This document shows, one piece after another, positions 1 through 13,119 of a DNA stretch of 64,000 nucleotides (the first letter of the stretch is position 1; the number at the start of each line of letters is the position of its first letter). The notes under the pieces are model-generated. The model made no database searches, was not told the origin of the DNA, and was given only the letters and a program-made list of their open reading frames with translations. Source of the stretch: Octopus vulgaris (Eukaryota); the NCBI GenBank assembly GCA_951406725.2, contig OX597828.1, positions 47,616,001-47,680,000 on the forward strand, read 5' to 3'. A program made the position numbers and the translations under genes.

Positions 1-4
1 GGTG

Positions 5-36
<32 letters not shown>

Positions 37-131
37 GATGATGATGCCGCTAGTGGTGTTTATGATGATGGTTGTAGTGATGGTGGTGGTGGTGGGTGGT
101 GGTGGTGGTGGTGGTGGTAGTGGTGGTGGTG

Positions 132-170
<39 letters not shown>

Positions 171-297
171 ATGATGATGCCGCTAGTGGTGTTTATGATG
201 ATGGTTGTAGTGATGGTGGTGGTGGTGGTGGTGGTAGTGGTGGTGGTGGTAGTGGTGGTGGTGGTGGTGGTGGTGGTGGTGGAGGTGGTGGTGGTGT
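1..297. repeat. (GGT)n/(AGT)n compound microsatellite with an internal ~135-bp duplication
   Basis: The block ATGATGATGCCGCTAGTGGTGTTTATGATGATGG occurs twice (near 37 and 171) between trinucleotide runs. Confidence 0.9.
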
Positions 298-1154
298 TTA
301 GAAAGCCCAATTAAGACCGAGGCCTAACTGATTAGACGTTGTTTCATTATTCAATCATTGTGCCCGTCTTTCTATACGTTTTGGCTTTCGCCGATATTTT
401 CTCAAACCATGTTTTCTTTCCTTCTCACGTTTTTTCTTCCTTTTATTTTCTTAGTTTTTTTTTTCTTTTACCTTTTTTTTATTTTGCTTCTTTATTTTCC
501 AATCGCTTATTTTTGTAACATTGTTTTGTTTTGTTTTTTTTTTTGTTTTTCTTTCTAGTTTTTTGCTTGTTACTTGATTTCTTTTATTTTTCTTTCTTTT
601 ATATCAACGATGTTTGTCAGCCATGAAATATCTAAACAAACAGTCCATTATCCGCTTCCTTCTCGTTATAACGGTTGCAGTTAGTAATAAACTCTATTCA
701 CAACAATTTATCACGTGTCAGATCACATTCCCAATAGTTCGTCAGTTACATCGTCGTCAATGATTATTTTTCTTTCTTTTTTTTCATTTTTTTATGTATA
801 ACTTTTATTTTGTTTCGTCAAAAACTCTTTTTATTATCATCTTTAGTTTTACTCTTTTTTATTCCTTTATCTTATTTTAGGAGTTCTTTTATTAATTTCT
901 TTATTTTTTTATCATATTTTTTTACCTTTCCCTCGTTTATCAAAAACTTCCAAAGTTCAAATACTCTGGCAATCGGTAACAGATCTTACCCAGGGGTAAG
1001 TTTTTTTATGCTCTTCACTAGCTCAAAATTAGAACCTGCACTGCTTGAAATTTAAATTTTTAAAAATTCTAATACCTTCCGCAAACTTTTCGATAATTTT
1101 CACCACCCAGCGCCACCATTACTCTCATTCTGCCAACTTTCGCTGACATTCGTC

Positions 1155-1790
1155 ACCTGTTTCGCTTCCTTTTGTCACCTTTTTACCACATTTTTGCTTA
1201 TTTTCGTCACTTCTCGCCACCTTTTATCACTTTTATACTCCTTCCGCTTTTCCTCGTTTCGCCACACTTCGTGACTTTCCGCCATTTGTCGATAACTTTC
1301 GCTGCCTGTTTCGCTTCCTTTTGTCACCTTTTTACCACATTTTTGCTTATTTTCGTCACTTCTCGCCACCTTTTATCACTTTTATACTCCTTCCGCTTTT
1401 TCTCGTTTCGCCACACTTCGTGACTTTCCGCCATTTGTCGATAACTTTCGCTGCCTGTTTCGCTTCCTTTTGTCACATTTTTACCACATTTTTGCTTATT
1501 TTCGTCACTTCTCGCCACCTTTTATCACTTTTATACTCCTTCCGCTTTTTCTCGTTTCGCCACACTTCGTGACTTTCCGCCATTTGTCGATAACTTTCGC
1601 TGCCTGTTTCGCTTCCTTTTGTCACATTTTTACCACATTTTTGCTTATTTTCGTCACTTCTCGCCACCTTTTATCACTTTTATACTCCTTCCGCTTTTTC
1701 TCGTTTCGCCACACTTCGTGACTTTCCGCCATCTGTCGATAACTTTTGCTACCTGTTTCGCTTTATTTTTCTCTTTTTTACCACATTTTC
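1155..1790. repeat. 149-bp pyrimidine-rich tandem repeat, ~4 near-identical units, decaying on to ~2220
   Basis: Near-identical ORFs start at 1172, 1321, 1470 and 1619 (period 149). Confidence 0.95.
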
Positions 1791-2426
1791 GCTCCTTTTC
1801 ATCACTTTTCTCCATCTTTTAACATTTTTATCCTCCTTCCGCCTTTCGCTATTTCACCACACTTCGTGACTTTTCGCTATCTGTCGATAACTTCCGCTTA
1901 CTATTTCACTTCTTTTTGCAACCTTTTTACCACTTTGTCATGTTTTCGTCACTTCTCGCCATACTTCAACTTCTTCACTCACTTTCCACCTTCCGTTGCG
2001 CTTCGCCGCCACTAGCCACACTTCACCAATTTTCGTAATCCTTTTACCAATTTTTCTCTCCTTTTCGTCATTTTCAGACATCTTTCAGCACCTTGACCTT
2101 CCTCCGCCTCTTTTCATCACTTTTCTCCACCTTTTGACATTTTCCCTTTCCTTCCGCTTTTCATCACGTTTACCACGTTTCGTCACTTTTCGCCACCTTT
2201 CGCCCTGTTTCGCCATGTCTTGATGACGCTCACTACATTACAACCTTATGTGACACGCATAAACACCCCCAACTTCTCGTTTCGGTCACTAATTTCTACA
2301 ATTGTAAGAGAATCTATAATTCCTTATATACGAAGAGATGGGGGGAGGGAGGGAGAGCTTCATGACAATAAAATAAATGACTGATGTGTTTAAATTAGTC
2401 ATGTGTCAAGGTAAAATACCGTAGCT

Positions 2427-3110
2427 TTGGTGGAGGAGGCGGAGGAGGCGGAGGTGGAGGAGGAAGTAGAGGAGGAGGAAGAGGAGGAGGAAGAGGAGGA
2501 GGAAGAAGGAAGGAGAGAGGAGGAAGAAGAAGAGAAGGAAGTAGAGGAGGGGGAAGAAGAAGAGGAGGAAGAGGAGGAAGAGGAAGAAGAGGAGGTGGAG
2601 GAAGAAGAGGAGAAAGAGGAGGAGGCGGAGGAAGAAGAGGAGAAAGAGGAGGAGGCGGAGGAGGAAGAAGAATAGAAGAAAGAAGAGGCGGAGGAGGAAG
2701 AAGAAGAGGTTGAAGAAGAAGCGGAGGAGGAAGAAGGGGAGAAAGAAGAAGAAGAAGTGGAAGAAGGGGACGAAGAAGAAGAAGAGGAGGTGGAAGAAGG
2801 GGAGGAAGAAGAAGAAGAAGAGGTGGAAGAAGGGGAGGAAGAAGAAGAAGAGGAGGAAGAAGAAGAAGAAGAAGAAGAGGAGGAAGAAGGGGAGAGGAAG
2901 AAGAGGAGGAAGAAGGGGATGAAGGAGAGGAGGAAGAGGAGGAGGCGGAGGAGGAGGAAGAAGAAGAAGAAGAAGAAGAAGAAGAAGAAGAGGAAGAACG
3001 GGAGGAGGAAGAGGAGGAAAGGGAGGAGGAAAGGGAGGAGGAGGAGGAAGAAGAAGAGGAGGGGCAGGAGGAGCAGGATCAGGAGAGGCAGGAGGAGCAG
3101 GAGGAGCAGG
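2427..3110. repeat. Purine-rich (GAG/GAA)n low-complexity tract
   Basis: Read directly; translates only to poly-E/R/K or poly-S/L/F. Confidence 0.9.
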
Positions 3111-3539
3111 AGTGCCCACGTCCTTAACATTTATGACAGCAGATGGAGGTCAACATCAGGAAAACGGTAACGGGAGAAGAGGAGAGGAGATTTGGAGCCG
3201 AATGTCTGCAATTAGAGAATCGCAAGTACCTGGCAAAACGTGGTTGTTGCAGTTGTTGCTATTGTTTAGCCCTATCTTGTAGACCCGAGATCAAATGATA
3301 TCGACAACCCAGCTTTAACGACCTCATCCTTTTAGAAGTATCTCAGGCTGAATTGTCCAATGTGTTAAACGACGGCAGTGCGATTTCGAGGCGGCTGGCT
3401 GCTATTTTTAATTTCTCAAATCGTTGGAGGTATCAAGCCGGCAGATGGCATAGATATGAATCGTCTCACTAAAGACTCACAGGTTCGAAAGCATTGCAGG
3501 CACCTCCTTTCGGTGAGAACATTTTATTTTTATTTGGTA

Positions 3540-3936
3540 CTAGCAGTATCACCCGGCGTTGCTCGGGTTTGTAAGGGAAATAACTATATAAGCATTTTTA
3601 GAGATGTAAAGTATAATAGCCATCTCAATATGGCTAACCTCAAAGGAGGGGTGTTACTGTAGCTTTTTACGTTCTGAGATTTAATAATACATTTTAGAGA
3701 GTTACTTCCCTTACATAATAGCAAAAAAATGCATTAAAAATGGGGAAAAATGATGGAAATTTTTGTTTTAATCGTAGACTCATCGTAGACGCGCGCTAAT
3801 ACCCAGAAGGGCTCGATTTGAATCACGACTATAAGATACCCGCTTTTGGTTACACTGCACCGAAAAATGTGGGAGTAGTTAGGAATCTAAATCGTAGGAG
3901 ACAGACAGCACACAACCTCACTTTTATATATAAAGA
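3540..3936 (-). mobile_element. Non-autonomous Helitron, complete termini
   Basis: Minus strand starts TCTTTATATATAAAAG and ends with hairpin CCCGAGCAACGCCGGG then CTAG. It sits between host A and T with no TSD. A second copy lies at 35341-35615. Confidence 0.85.
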
Positions 3937-4361
3937 TTAGCAAGGTTTACCTTGACAACTCAAACAATATTATGTGCCAGCATTGCCCTCGATCAGGATC
4001 AGATTGAACCTTACATACTAGGAAAACTAGGTTATCGGTTCTGAATAATTAAAGCGAAGGTACACCGCATAAATATTGAATAATAATTTAGAAAAGCAAT
4101 AAATTAATCCAGTGGTTCTTAATTGGGATCCATATGGCCCTCGGGAATCCATATGGCTCTTAGGAGTTCATATGGCTTTGGGAGTACAAATGGCCTCGGG
4201 AATCCAAATAGCATTTGGGTGTTGATATAAGATTTGTGGCTAAAATTTATCTGCAACAAATTGGTTATTCTTCTACAATACATAAGATATTTTAACAATT
4301 ATTTTATACAGTTCTCAATATTTAATTATAAAAATATAATATTAATACGTCATATACCCAT

Positions 4362-4605
4362 GGGCATATTACGTAGTGGTTACGAGCGCAGGCTACTAAC
4401 CCCAAGATTCCGAGTTCGATCCCAGGCAGTGACCTGAATGATAATAATAATAATAATAACAACATCGAAAAATACCTTAGGAATGAGAACCCAGGTTCGA
4501 AATTTCCCCAAGACAACTGATGAAGTATGGAGGGTATATCAGCCGAAACGTTGTGTTAACAACAAACAAGATGAGGACAAATATCTGTCATTTGTAAATA
4601 ATGTA
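4362..4605 (+). mobile_element. tRNA-derived SINE-like element with a 3' hammerhead-like motif
   Basis: Degenerate A box (TACGTAGTGG), anticodon-arm-like GGCTACTAACC, B box GAGTTCGATCC, internal (AAT)n, then CTGATGA...GAAACGTT at 4517-4552. Confidence 0.65.
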
Positions 4606-4798
4606 TATCTTTTTTTTTTTATTTTGCTTCGTTCAAAGCATAACTGAGTACTTATAAATATACTACTACTACCACCACCACCACCACCACCACCACTAGA
4701 AGAAGAAGAAGAAGAAGAAGAAGAAGAAGAAGAAGAAGAAGAAGACAATAATGGTTCCTGAAAACAACAATAACATTAACAACAGATGAAGGTATTAC

Positions 4799-5019
4799 CT
4801 GCACGCGAACTTCCGGCAAATTAAGCTTCATTGCCAAATCTTCTCGGCTGTATACATCCGGGTAGTGCGATTTTTCGAACGCTCTCTCCAATTCGTGAAG
4901 CTGAAAGGTGGTGAAGGTGGTGCGGCTACGGCGGTGTTTCTTTTTGGCCAAGCTGTAAGAGTCGCTGTCAAACGTCGGGCCAGCTGGAGCGTCTGGGAAC
5001 CTTCCAGGGTCTTCGTTCT
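4799..5019 (-). CDS. Rx: Internal exon of a retinal homeobox (Rx/Rax)-type paired-like gene, homeodomain residues 1-46
   Basis: Encodes [73 protein letters not shown]. Acceptor ttacttgtacag (phase 1). Donor CAG|gtaata lies at the Q46/V47 intron position typical of PRD-class homeoboxes. The VWFQNRR exon was not found in the window. Confidence 0.92.
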
Positions 5020-5127
5020 CTGTACAAGTAACAACAGTAACAATAACAACGAAAGTTCACGACAGTATTAATGACAAAACATTGGCCAACTATAATAATT
5101 AAGAATCTTTTCTATTATTCTTTTAAT

Positions 5128-5335
5128 TCTCTTACTTGTTTCAGTCATTTGACTGCAGCCATGCTGGAGCACCACCTTTAGTCGAACAAATCGACCCCAG
5201 GACATATTCTTTGTAAGCTTAGTACTTACTCTATCGGTTTCTTTTTGCCGAACCGCTAACTGACGGGGACGTAAACACACCAGCATCGGTTGTCAAGCGA
5301 TGATGGTGGGGGACAAACATAGACACAAATAACAA
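5128..5335 (-). mobile_element. tRNA-SINE family A, 3' half
   Basis: Matches the tail of fuller copies at 40730-41172 and 57107-57460 (GGTGCTCCAGCATGG..CAGTCAAATGACTGAAACAAG). Confidence 0.85.
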
Positions 5336-5439
5336 ATATATATATATATATATATTTGTTATTTGGTGGTGGTGGTGATGATGATGATGATGATAATGAT
5401 GATGATGACGACGATTCATTCTAATTTTTGTCACAAGAT

Positions 5440-5760
5440 CAGAAGTTTGAAAGGAAAGCCTGGTCGATTACATCGACCCCAATATTTAATTGGTAGTCTG
5501 TTTTTATCAACTTCGAAAGGATGAAAGACTAGGTCGATCCCGGCATTTGTGTAACGCTCTAACGACTCTAAGTGTTAGGCTAACCATTCGGAAATAGGAA
5601 TTAATTGATGCCATCAACCCCAGGACTTGAACTGTGCTTTATTTTATTGACCACGGAGGAATAAAAAGCTAAGTAAGCCTCGCCGGAGTTTGAACTCAGA
5701 ACGTAAAGTGATATGAGTAAGCAATGCAAGGCGTTTAGTCCGACGCGACAGTTTATACAA
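5440..5760 (-). mobile_element. Degenerate SINE fragments with a Nin-domain-like core
   Basis: Repeated CTTTCATCCTTTCG..GATAAA..TACC..GGGGTCGAT motif on minus; related pieces at ~27215-27392, ~39955-40180 and 56075-56370. The Nin label is from recall. Confidence 0.5.
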
Positions 5761-6689
5761 CCCTGGGGGAATTGATAAAGAACTGAAAATCGGAACCACC
5801 GGAGACATTGGATGTATCAAGCCAGTAATGACCCGCGGTGTGACCCATGTCAGATTATTTGTCTAAAACTTTTGTGTATATGCATATCTTTCACTTGTTT
5901 CAGTCATTAGACTGCGGTCAAGCTGGGGCACCCCCTTGAAGAATTTTAAACTTTGTGTGGAGAGGGGGGTATGCGCGTCAAGCAGAATGCGGAATAGAAA
6001 GACAGATTAAATGAATAAGTGAGACGTAGAGAGAGAAAGGGAACGTATATGTATGCTTTAAATAGAGACATCCAGATTTGAACCCGTGTCCCCTTCGTTC
6101 ACTGGGCTTCCCAGTCTACTATGCACCAGACCACAACAGCAAACAGGAAACACATCAACGATACAAAACAGCGACCTTATTAACATCACGTATGAGACAC
6201 CATCAACACCACCCCTACAAACTATGCAACTGCCACCGCCATCACCGCCACCACCATCGCCATCGCCGCCACCACCATCGCCATCGCCGCCACCACCATC
6301 GCCATCACCACCATCGTCATTACCGCAACCACTGTGACCATTAAAACTACCATCCCCCTCCATCAACACCACTGTTTCCACAAACATCACCACCGTCTCT
6401 GTGATCACCACACCACGTCTTCCAACACCACCACCATCACCGCCACCACCACCGCCACCACAACCACTATCACTATCACTATCACCACAGCCACTAACAC
6501 AACCATTGTTATCACCGCCGACACACCCCTTCTTCCTCGAAATTACCACCACCACCACCACCACCACCACTACCACAGTCACTACAGTTTGATAGAGAAA
6601 TAACAAGAAGCGCGAGGGGAATAGAGGTTGATATTAAACTGCCTCCACCCTACCTTCGCCAGCACCCTTGGTTCTTACTAACAACAAAA

Positions 6690-6892
6690 TGCGCATGCGC
6701 CAATAGGAGCCAATGTTACGTGAGTGGAATGGCTAAAGTCCATGAGAGGGCTCTGCAGGAGAGGTTCTCAATCGATCCGTCATTAGAAAAGATGGACGGA
6801 TGATACGCATGTGGGCGGGTTGTCAGTTATTGTCTTTATGACACGCTATCATGTGACGTATCATGTGACGCATCATGTGATAGGTGACGTGT
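6690..6892. promoter_or_regulatory. Candidate promoter/enhancer motif cluster
   Basis: GCGCATGCGC (NRF1-type palindrome, 6691-6700), two CCAAT boxes 10 bp apart (6700, 6710), TTACGTGA (6716), and three 12-bp repeats containing TCATGTGA (6847-6880). Lies 1.7 kb upstream of the Rx exon. Confidence 0.45.
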
Positions 6893-6977
6893 TATGCATG
6901 CTCTATGATTTGTGTTGTAAGATAAACTGTAGCATGGAGATGTGTGTGTGTGTGTGTGTGTATGTGTGTGTGTGTGA

Positions 6978-7026
<49 letters not shown>

Positions 7027-7366
7027 TCTGTGTGTGTGTGTGTTGTTTTAATGAGGATGGGAATGCTAAATTGTAATTCTGGTGAGAGGGTGACAGTAAT
7101 GAAGAGAGATATAGGAGACGAAAAGAAAAAATTAGAGAGAGGGGGAAAAAGAGCGAGAAAGTAAGAGTAAAAGATTGTGGGTGTGGGAGAATGGAAAGAA
7201 AGAAGAAATTTAGAACACGATGAAGAGAGGGCTCTCAATCAGGAAAAATTCGAATACAAAATGGCTGACATTTCGCCATCATCATCATTTCAACGCTATC
7301 TTCCTAATTTATTACTGATCAAACTTAGGAACGTAAGTGTAGAGGCCATTGCGACACTCATCACTT

Positions 7367-7418
<52 letters not shown>

Positions 7419-7454
7419 TGTACGTTTGTGTGTTTGTGTGTGTATCTATGTATG

Positions 7455-7506
<52 letters not shown>

Positions 7507-7677
7507 TACACATATATATAATTTATGCTTATATATATGTATGTATATTTATGTGCCTATATGTATCTATATATGATGGACTCACCCGTCGGTGAGAAAT
7601 TAGAGAAAAGAGTGAGAAAAGAGAAATTAGAATAAATAGCAACTTTTGCATTCTAATTTCTCTTTTATCATTCATTA

Positions 7678-7890
7678 TTACCCAGAATACTTCATAATAT
7701 ATTGACCGTCATCAATGACAGATGGGCGTCTACTACGCTCACGATCTTCAAGACTCAGGTCTCCACTGCGAAATCGTTTAAACCATTTTCGAGCTGACCA
7801 CTCACTGGTCATTTCCTCAGCAAACGTTTCGTTGATATCGCGAGCAGTTTCTGCTGCTTTACGTCCTTTTTTGAAGTTGATTAGCAAAAT
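7678..7890 (-). mobile_element. Mariner (Mos1-type) transposase N-terminal HTH fragment
   Basis: FKKGRKAAETARDINETF..WSARKWFKRFRSGDLSLEDRERSRRPS is the mariner HTH signature; truncated. Confidence 0.85.
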
Positions 7891-8150
7891 TGCTGCTCCT
7901 TATTAGAGGTTATATTCGAAACACGTCTCGAAATGTTATTGACCAAAGTTCTTGTGATCGCTATAGGATGGTTACTATGAAGGCTGATATATTTAAAATT
8001 ATTGTTGGGTTTATGATACGACTGTGTAGGCCAGTAACAAGGTTCAGATTAACATCCAGGTAGTTAACGAGATTAAACCAAATCTTTTAAAGAAATTATG
8101 GATTTTTATATATAGGTTTCTTTTTCTAATGTGCGCGTGCGCATGCATGA

Positions 8151-8231
<81 letters not shown>

Positions 8232-8303
8232 ATATATCTTAGGTGGCGAGATGGCAGAATCATTAGCACACTGCACAAAATACCTGGAGGTATTTCACCT
8301 AGG

Positions 8304-8598
8304 AGGGGCAATGGCCCAGTGGTTAGGGAAGCGGACTCGCGGTTGTAGGATCGCGGTTTCGATTCCCAGACCGAGCGTTGTGAGTGTTTATTGGGCGAAA
8401 GCACCTAAAGCTCCACGAGGCTCCGCACGTGGGTGGTGGCGATCCCTGCTGTACTCTTTCGCCACAACTTTCTCTCACACTTTCTTCTGTTGACCTGCTC
8501 GCTTAGCCAGCGGGGTGGCGTCATTTGAAGGCTAAAACAATGCAAAGCGCATTGTGACCAGCGATGTATAGCAACATCCGATAGCCTGTTCGGTCACG

Positions 8599-8602
<4 letters not shown>
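8304..8602 (+). mobile_element. tRNA-SINE, head type C
   Basis: A box TGGCCCAGTGG and B box GTTTCGATTCC; head shared with 22931-23311 (minus). Confidence 0.8.
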
Positions 8603-8640
<38 letters not shown>

Positions 8641-9779
8641 TGTATGTATGTGTATGTATATGCATATGTATGTGTGAGTGTATATATATATATATGTGTG
8701 TCTGTGTGTATATGTATATATGTATATATGCCTGTTTATTAAGTCTTATCATCTTAATCTATATGATAATGTTGAATTTGGGGAATTAATTTTTTAGTGG
8801 ATTAATTCAGAATTTTGAATCTTCTTAATGCGTATCCTTGTAGTTACTGTAAAATACATCATTATATTAGTAATTAAATATTAATTACATATTACAAATA
8901 AGTTGTCTTCATTATACTAAATAATTATATGTATAAATACATTCATTTAATTTATTAATTAATTGATGATAATTATAACAATAATAATGATGATGATAAT
9001 GATAATAATAAATAGTTTTTGACTTACTAACTAAATTTAATAACCACAGTAATTATTTTTATAGTATTATATAATTTATAACTTGTATTCTTATTACAAC
9101 AATATTATTTTTTTACAAGAATTGTTAAAATTTGAATATATATTATATACAGTCATTTAATTAAAAAATGATAATATTAATTATAATTATCGAGGACCAA
9201 TTCTCAATCCTTGTTTTTGTTTATATTACTTAATTTTTTTTTTTACCGCGTTCTCCCTTCCATAATATACGAATAATAATCCTTATTTAAGTAACTTCAA
9301 GTCTGATTACTTCTAAAAAATACTAGAAATGTTTTGATATCCATCATTATAGCCTAACTCTATATCTATGGGATATTTTAAATTATAGTGTTGTAGCTCT
9401 AAATTTATCTTCATATTTATTTCGGAATTTTCCCTCCGATAAACAATAAATAAAGAGCATTTTTTATTAGTTACTTTAAATAATCTTTTCATACCAATAA
9501 CTTTTATAATAAATATAAGAGTTATTATTTATTAAATATATAATTATCATTTATATTTTTACACGTTTTATTACAGTTTCTAGATTAAGTAAGACCCTGA
9601 TACTTAATTATATACATATATATTATTGTTGTATGTTATTATAATAGCGAAAGATTGCCTTCGGCACAAACGAGTTTGGTTTAATATTATTTGAGATATA
9701 TAGAAATATATTTCGATAGTTGTAGATTCTAATTACTTAATCATTTTGTGCGACAGAAAAGGAAGAAGGAGGAAGAAAA

Positions 9780-9960
9780 TCGCCAACGATGTGGTTACGT
9801 GTGAATCGATTTTCTTCCTCCGTCTTCCCTTCTATTGGACTTTCCTCTGTTCCTGAAGAAGAGTTCTGCTCGAAATGTTAAGCCGTCTTTCTTTCCTTCC
9901 CTGGGCGTCTGCTAACACTTTACATGTACCACGTCCTCACGTTGTTGTTGTTTTTTTTAG
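9780..9960 (+). mobile_element. Short repeat with a degenerate hammerhead-like motif
   Basis: CTGAAGA-A-GAGT(TCT)GCTC-GAAATGTT at 9853-9879; homologous to 24395-24575 (minus). Confidence 0.55.
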
Positions 9961-10061
9961 TGTTTACTTTCTGACTGACTTACGAGTACCTAATTCCTGG
10001 ATTTCTTTCTACCATCGGATTACATTTATGTACCTTGATTTATATATATATATATATATAT

Positions 10062-10127
<66 letters not shown>

Positions 10128-10495
10128 TATATATACAATATAGTGTATATTTAAACACATAGAGAATCCACTTACAGGGATTCTACGCATAAGAAAGAAC
10201 AGCTAAGTTCTATGTCCACAAAAATTCGGGATAAAATTCGGCAGGAATAAATTTGGAAATGAAAAACATTTACCATCTAGTTTCCTGGACCAATTGGTTT
10301 CTAATCATCTTTTAGCGAGTCGTGGAGAACTCACAAGGTTTGATTTTCTTCAGCAGGTCCAACCTAGTGCTAAACATATCCACACGAGACAAACAAGGTT
10401 ACCTGTCTCGTGTTTATACGAGCTAACATTTTCAAATTTACTGCACAGACGCAGTCCTTCGTTGGCTAAAATAAAAACCGCCAACTTATTAACCG

Positions 10496-10541
<46 letters not shown>

Positions 10542-10547
<6 letters not shown>

Positions 10548-11120
10548 AGGGAAGAAATGGAGCCGAACGAAGATTCTACAAAATTCCTTTTTATTATTTT
10601 CTACACATGTTTCAAAGGCTGCAAATTCCCAAATTCGGATTGAATAAGGAGACCATTCTGCAGCTTTCTCTTCAGAGAGCCCATGGTAAAAATGGCACAA
10701 AACTGTCTCTCAATATGCGCTGACGTCAGCTGACGGAATTTTTCGTCGGCCTTCACCCACTCTGACGTCAGCGCATATTGAGAGACAGTTTTGTGCCATT
10801 TTTACCATGGGCTCCTAGGGAGCGTGTTGTTCGAAAAGCTTGCTGCGCATTTGTTTTGAGATTTTAAATTCCTGGATTTTTCTGAAGAGAAAGCTGCAGA
10901 ATGGTCTCCTTATTCAATCCGAATTTGGGAATTTGCAGCCTTTGAAACATGTGTAGAAAATAATAAAGAGGAATTTTGTAGAATCTTCGTTCGGCTCCAT
11001 TTCTTCCCTTCACTAAATATATAAAACTTCAATTATCCGCGCTAAAGCACGGGGGCGAAACCCCATGGTCGTAACCCCAACCGTGTCTTTTCTGGTGTGA
11101 TTTTTGCTACACAGGTATCG
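10542..11120 (+). mobile_element. Penelope-like terminal repeat with inverted partial duplication and two hammerhead motifs
   Basis: 10542-10729 is the reverse complement of 10762-10814 joined to 10881-11015. CTGAAGA..stem..GAAACATGTGTA at 10882-10955. Flanked by (TA)n. Confidence 0.7.
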
Positions 11121-11170
11121 GTTAAATTTTGAATAATCCGTAACAAGATAATTCATTTATCCATTTCATT

Positions 11171-11172
<2 letters not shown>

Positions 11173-11262
<90 letters not shown>

Positions 11263-11692
11263 TGTATGTATGTATATATGAATGTATGTATGCATGTATG
11301 TATGTGTGTATGTATGTATGTATGTATGTATGTATGTATGTATGAATGCATGTATGTATGTATGTATGTATGAATGTATGTATGTATGTATGTAAGTATG
11401 TATGTATGAATGTATGTATGTATGTGTGTGTGTATGTATGTATGTATGAATGTATGTATGTATGTGTGTGTATGTATGTATGTATGTATGTATGTATGTA
11501 TGTATGTATGAATGAATGCATGTATGTATGTATGTATGTATGAATGTATGTATGTATGTATGTATGTATGAATGCATGTATGTATGTATGTATGTATGTG
11601 TATGTATGTATGTATGTATGTATGTATGTATGTATGTATGTATGTATGTATGTATGTATGTATGTATGTATGAATGCATGTATGTATGTATG

Positions 11693-11723
<31 letters not shown>

Positions 11724-12375
11724 GTATGTATGTATGAATGTATGTATGTATGTATGTGTGTGTATGTATGTATGTATGTATGTATGTATGTATGTATGTG
11801 TGTGTATGTATGTATGTATGTATGTATGTATGTATGTATGAATGAATGCATGTATGTATGTATGTATGTATGAATGTATGTATGTATGTATGTATGTATG
11901 TATGTATGTATGTATGTATGTATGTATGTATGTATGTATGTATGTGTGTATGTATGTATGTATGTATGTATGTATGTATGTATGTATGTATGAATGCATG
12001 TATGTATGTATGTATGTATGTATGAATGTATGTATGTATGTATGTAAGTATGTATGTATGAATGTATGTATGTATGTATGTGTGTGTGTATGTATGTATG
12101 TATGAATGTATGTATGTATGTGTGTGTATGTATGTATGTATGTATGTATGTATGTATGTATGTATGAATGAATGCATGTATGTATGTATGTATGTATGTA
12201 TGTATGAATGTATGTATGTATGTATGTATGTATGTATGAATGCATGTATGTATGTATGTATGTATGTATGTATGAATGTATGTATGTATGTATGTATGTA
12301 TGTATGTATGTATGTATGTATGTATGTATGTGTGTGTATATGTATGTATGTATGTATGTATGTGTATGTATGTAT
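11173..12375. repeat. (TA)n followed by a ~1.1-kb (TATG)n array
   Basis: Read directly. Similar arrays at ~20307-21563, 46020-46250, 50745-51228, 54426-54805 and 55350-56060. Confidence 0.97.
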
Positions 12376-12699
<324 letters not shown>

Positions 12700-13059
12700 T
12701 TAAGATGATAACGGAATAAGAAATTATTCCTATTGCCATTTTCATTTTCCTATTACTGCTCTGTACCCAACCTATTAACTTAGAAACAAGTGGAGGCACA
12801 ATTAAAGCTACCCCTAAAACATTCTTCGCGAAATAGCACCCCTATTAATGAGGGCTACATAGAGTTTGGCTTTGTGAGAGTAAGAGAAAACAACACAGGA
12901 AAAACTACAAAGGAAATACTTTTTTTCATAAAAAGAAAATGAATGAACTACAAGTAGTTAAAGCGTAATGGAGAGACAAGTCACATTTACTGAATAATGT
13001 CGAGCGATGCGGACAAACAGATCACAGGCAGACAGACAGACAGACAGGCAGCCAGACAA

Positions 13060-13119
<60 letters not shown>

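Noticed and set aside
2399-3170. Poly-E/K/S ORFs (similar at 29124-29511, 46854-47375)
   Set aside because: Purine microsatellite translations.
4110-4220. ~20-bp degenerate tandem repeat after CAGTGGTTCTTAA (hAT-like end)
   Set aside because: No matching second terminus or TSD identified.
6058-6606. Gly-rich (minus) or Pro-rich (plus) ORFs as an Rx 5' exon
   Set aside because: Mostly trinucleotide repeat, no octapeptide and no convincing splice donor.
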